From assembly GCA_964016885.1 (NCBI GenBank), contig CAXHJY010000252.1:1-64000 (forward strand): 64,000 bases of DNA, given 5' to 3'. Under the pieces are notes generated by a model, which saw nothing but the letters and a program-made list of their open reading frames with translations, did no database searches and was not told the DNA's origin. Both the position numbers and the translations under genes were made by a program. Positions 61,924 through 64,000 of this stretch are shown piece by piece. Position 1 is the first letter of the stretch, and every line of letters starts with the position of its first letter. The stretch comes from Eledone cirrhosa (taxonomy: Eukaryota).

Positions 61924-63284
61924 GTTATACTTTGGGAGGGTCATGTTGCCAATAAGAAACACACGCACCAGTTGCTTTCACTCCAATTTATTATAAATTA
62001 AATTCATGAATTTAACGAATTTATAAATTTCCGCTTGGTTGGTTGGTTCCACAACCGGATGGTTGTTCATATATTGTCAAAGTTCTTTCGTCACACATTC
62101 TGTGACCTCTTCAGGCACAAAACAAAGAAAAGAATCACCAGTCACAGAATGAGTGACGAAAGAACTTTGATAATATATGAACAACCATCCGATTGTGGAA
62201 CCAACCGACCAACCAAGCGTAAACTTATAAATTCGTTAAATTTATGAATTTAATTTATAATAAACTAGCAGTAAAGCCCGGCGTTGCTCGGGGTCGCTCA
62301 GTAGCTGTGTTAAAGTTACAATGTTAAGTTTCTTTCTTGGCTTAAAAACTGTAGTGTCTACTGTGCAGACTTGCATGTGGTGTTTTTGATTAATATTCCC
62401 TCAACCAACAATATGCCTTATGAAGTTAAGAAAACATAACGATAACCCGAATGTTATAACAAAAGAGGATGCTGGGGATAGAAACTGCACTGGTTATTTA
62501 TTAACAAAAATCGAAAATGTAAACACTGCAACGCAGAGAAAAACATTAGCGTAACCAAATTATCAGTTATGTCTGTCTGCACGCCTATATCACCTCTCTG
62601 CACGACTGTCTGTCTGCACGCCTATATCACCTCTCTGCACGACTGTCTGTCTGCACGCCTATATCACCTCTCTGCACGACTGTCTGTCTGCACGCGTATA
62701 TCACCTCTCTGCACGACTGTCTGTCTGCACGCCTAACGACGAAATATTTGCTTGTTTTACGAAGTCTTTAAATAGTCTTGTTTTCAAGTAAAAATATTGT
62801 TTTAAAATGCTTTTAAATGGAAATGAAGCAAAACGGAAGCTTAGTGTTCGAACTGATGAATTTTGCAGGTCAATATTTTGCTGGCTCGACAACTGTTAAA
62901 GGCAGCGTAATTTTTTACGTAAGACGCTCAATGTAAACAGAACAAAGGGAAATAACTGATAACTTACGCTCAAAAATTGATACATTATATTCGATTTCGT
63001 CACATAGGGTGGGTCAATTTGAAATTTTTTTTTTCCGATGTCTTCGCTAGGGCTCAATGTACAAGTATAGCAATTTCGGTGCAATTCCGTGAGAGATTCT
63101 AAGAGCAGATGTGTGCCAAAAATCGATAGACAGACAGACAACCACAGTTTTATATATATAGATTGGAGTGAAAGCAACTGGTGCGTGTGTTTCTTATTGG
63201 CAACATGACCCTCCCAAAGTATAACAATATCGGTTTCAACACACGTTTTCAGATAAAGAATCTTCCTAAACAAATTCAGAAAAG

Positions 63285-63287
<3 letters not shown>
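61924..63287. mobile_element. Fold-back insertion (about 180-bp arms, degenerate HHR 62074-62120 on -) interrupted by a Helitron
   Basis: 61924-62106 mirrors 62141-62264 joined to 63163-63225. CTGAAGA-g-gtcac..gtgac-GAAA on the minus strand. Confidence 0.8.
62265..63162 (-). mobile_element. Non-autonomous Helitron, full length
   Basis: 5' A|TC, 3' hairpin plus CTAG|T, no TSD. The empty site aataaa^ttggag is confirmed by the opposite arm of the host palindrome. Confidence 0.9.
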
Positions 63288-63365
<78 letters not shown>

Positions 63366-63393
63366 TTTTATTTAAATTGTTGGGATACAACAA

Positions 63394-63465
<72 letters not shown>

Positions 63466-63535
63466 TATGTCCGTAGGCAGTATAATCTTCGTTCATCTAA
63501 GCGAGAAATATTTAATCACTGAGAGTGCAGAAAGC

Positions 63536-64000
<465 letters not shown>

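Overview
AT-rich animal genomic DNA (the SINEs, RTE LINE remnants and dense (TA)n/(CA)n/(CAC)n tracts look like octopus; this is an inference). No recognisable intact gene is present, and almost all supplied ORFs are microsatellite artefacts. The main signal is in the short unique islands between (TA)n tracts. By eye these hold roughly 30-35 type I hammerhead ribozyme (HHR) motifs from about 17 sequence families. Most have a self-complementary stem III, as known for Penelope-like element (PLE) HHRs and animal non-LTR retrozymes. Three complete non-coding monomers are visible: 628 nt, 481 nt, and a 595-nt tandem with two HHRs. Most other copies are fold-back insertions with two family-specific 3' termini facing outward into (TA)n. 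Several cores are variants (U3-A8, U4C, U4A) or carry long stem II insertions. Also present: two copies of a non-autonomous Helitron, RTE and CRE LINE remnants (one 5'-inverted), tRNA-derived SINEs including a 9-copy tandem of SINE heads, many minisatellites, and a few low-confidence minus-strand exon candidates. All folds and alignments were done by eye, boundaries are approximate, and family letters (A-E, Y) are my own labels.
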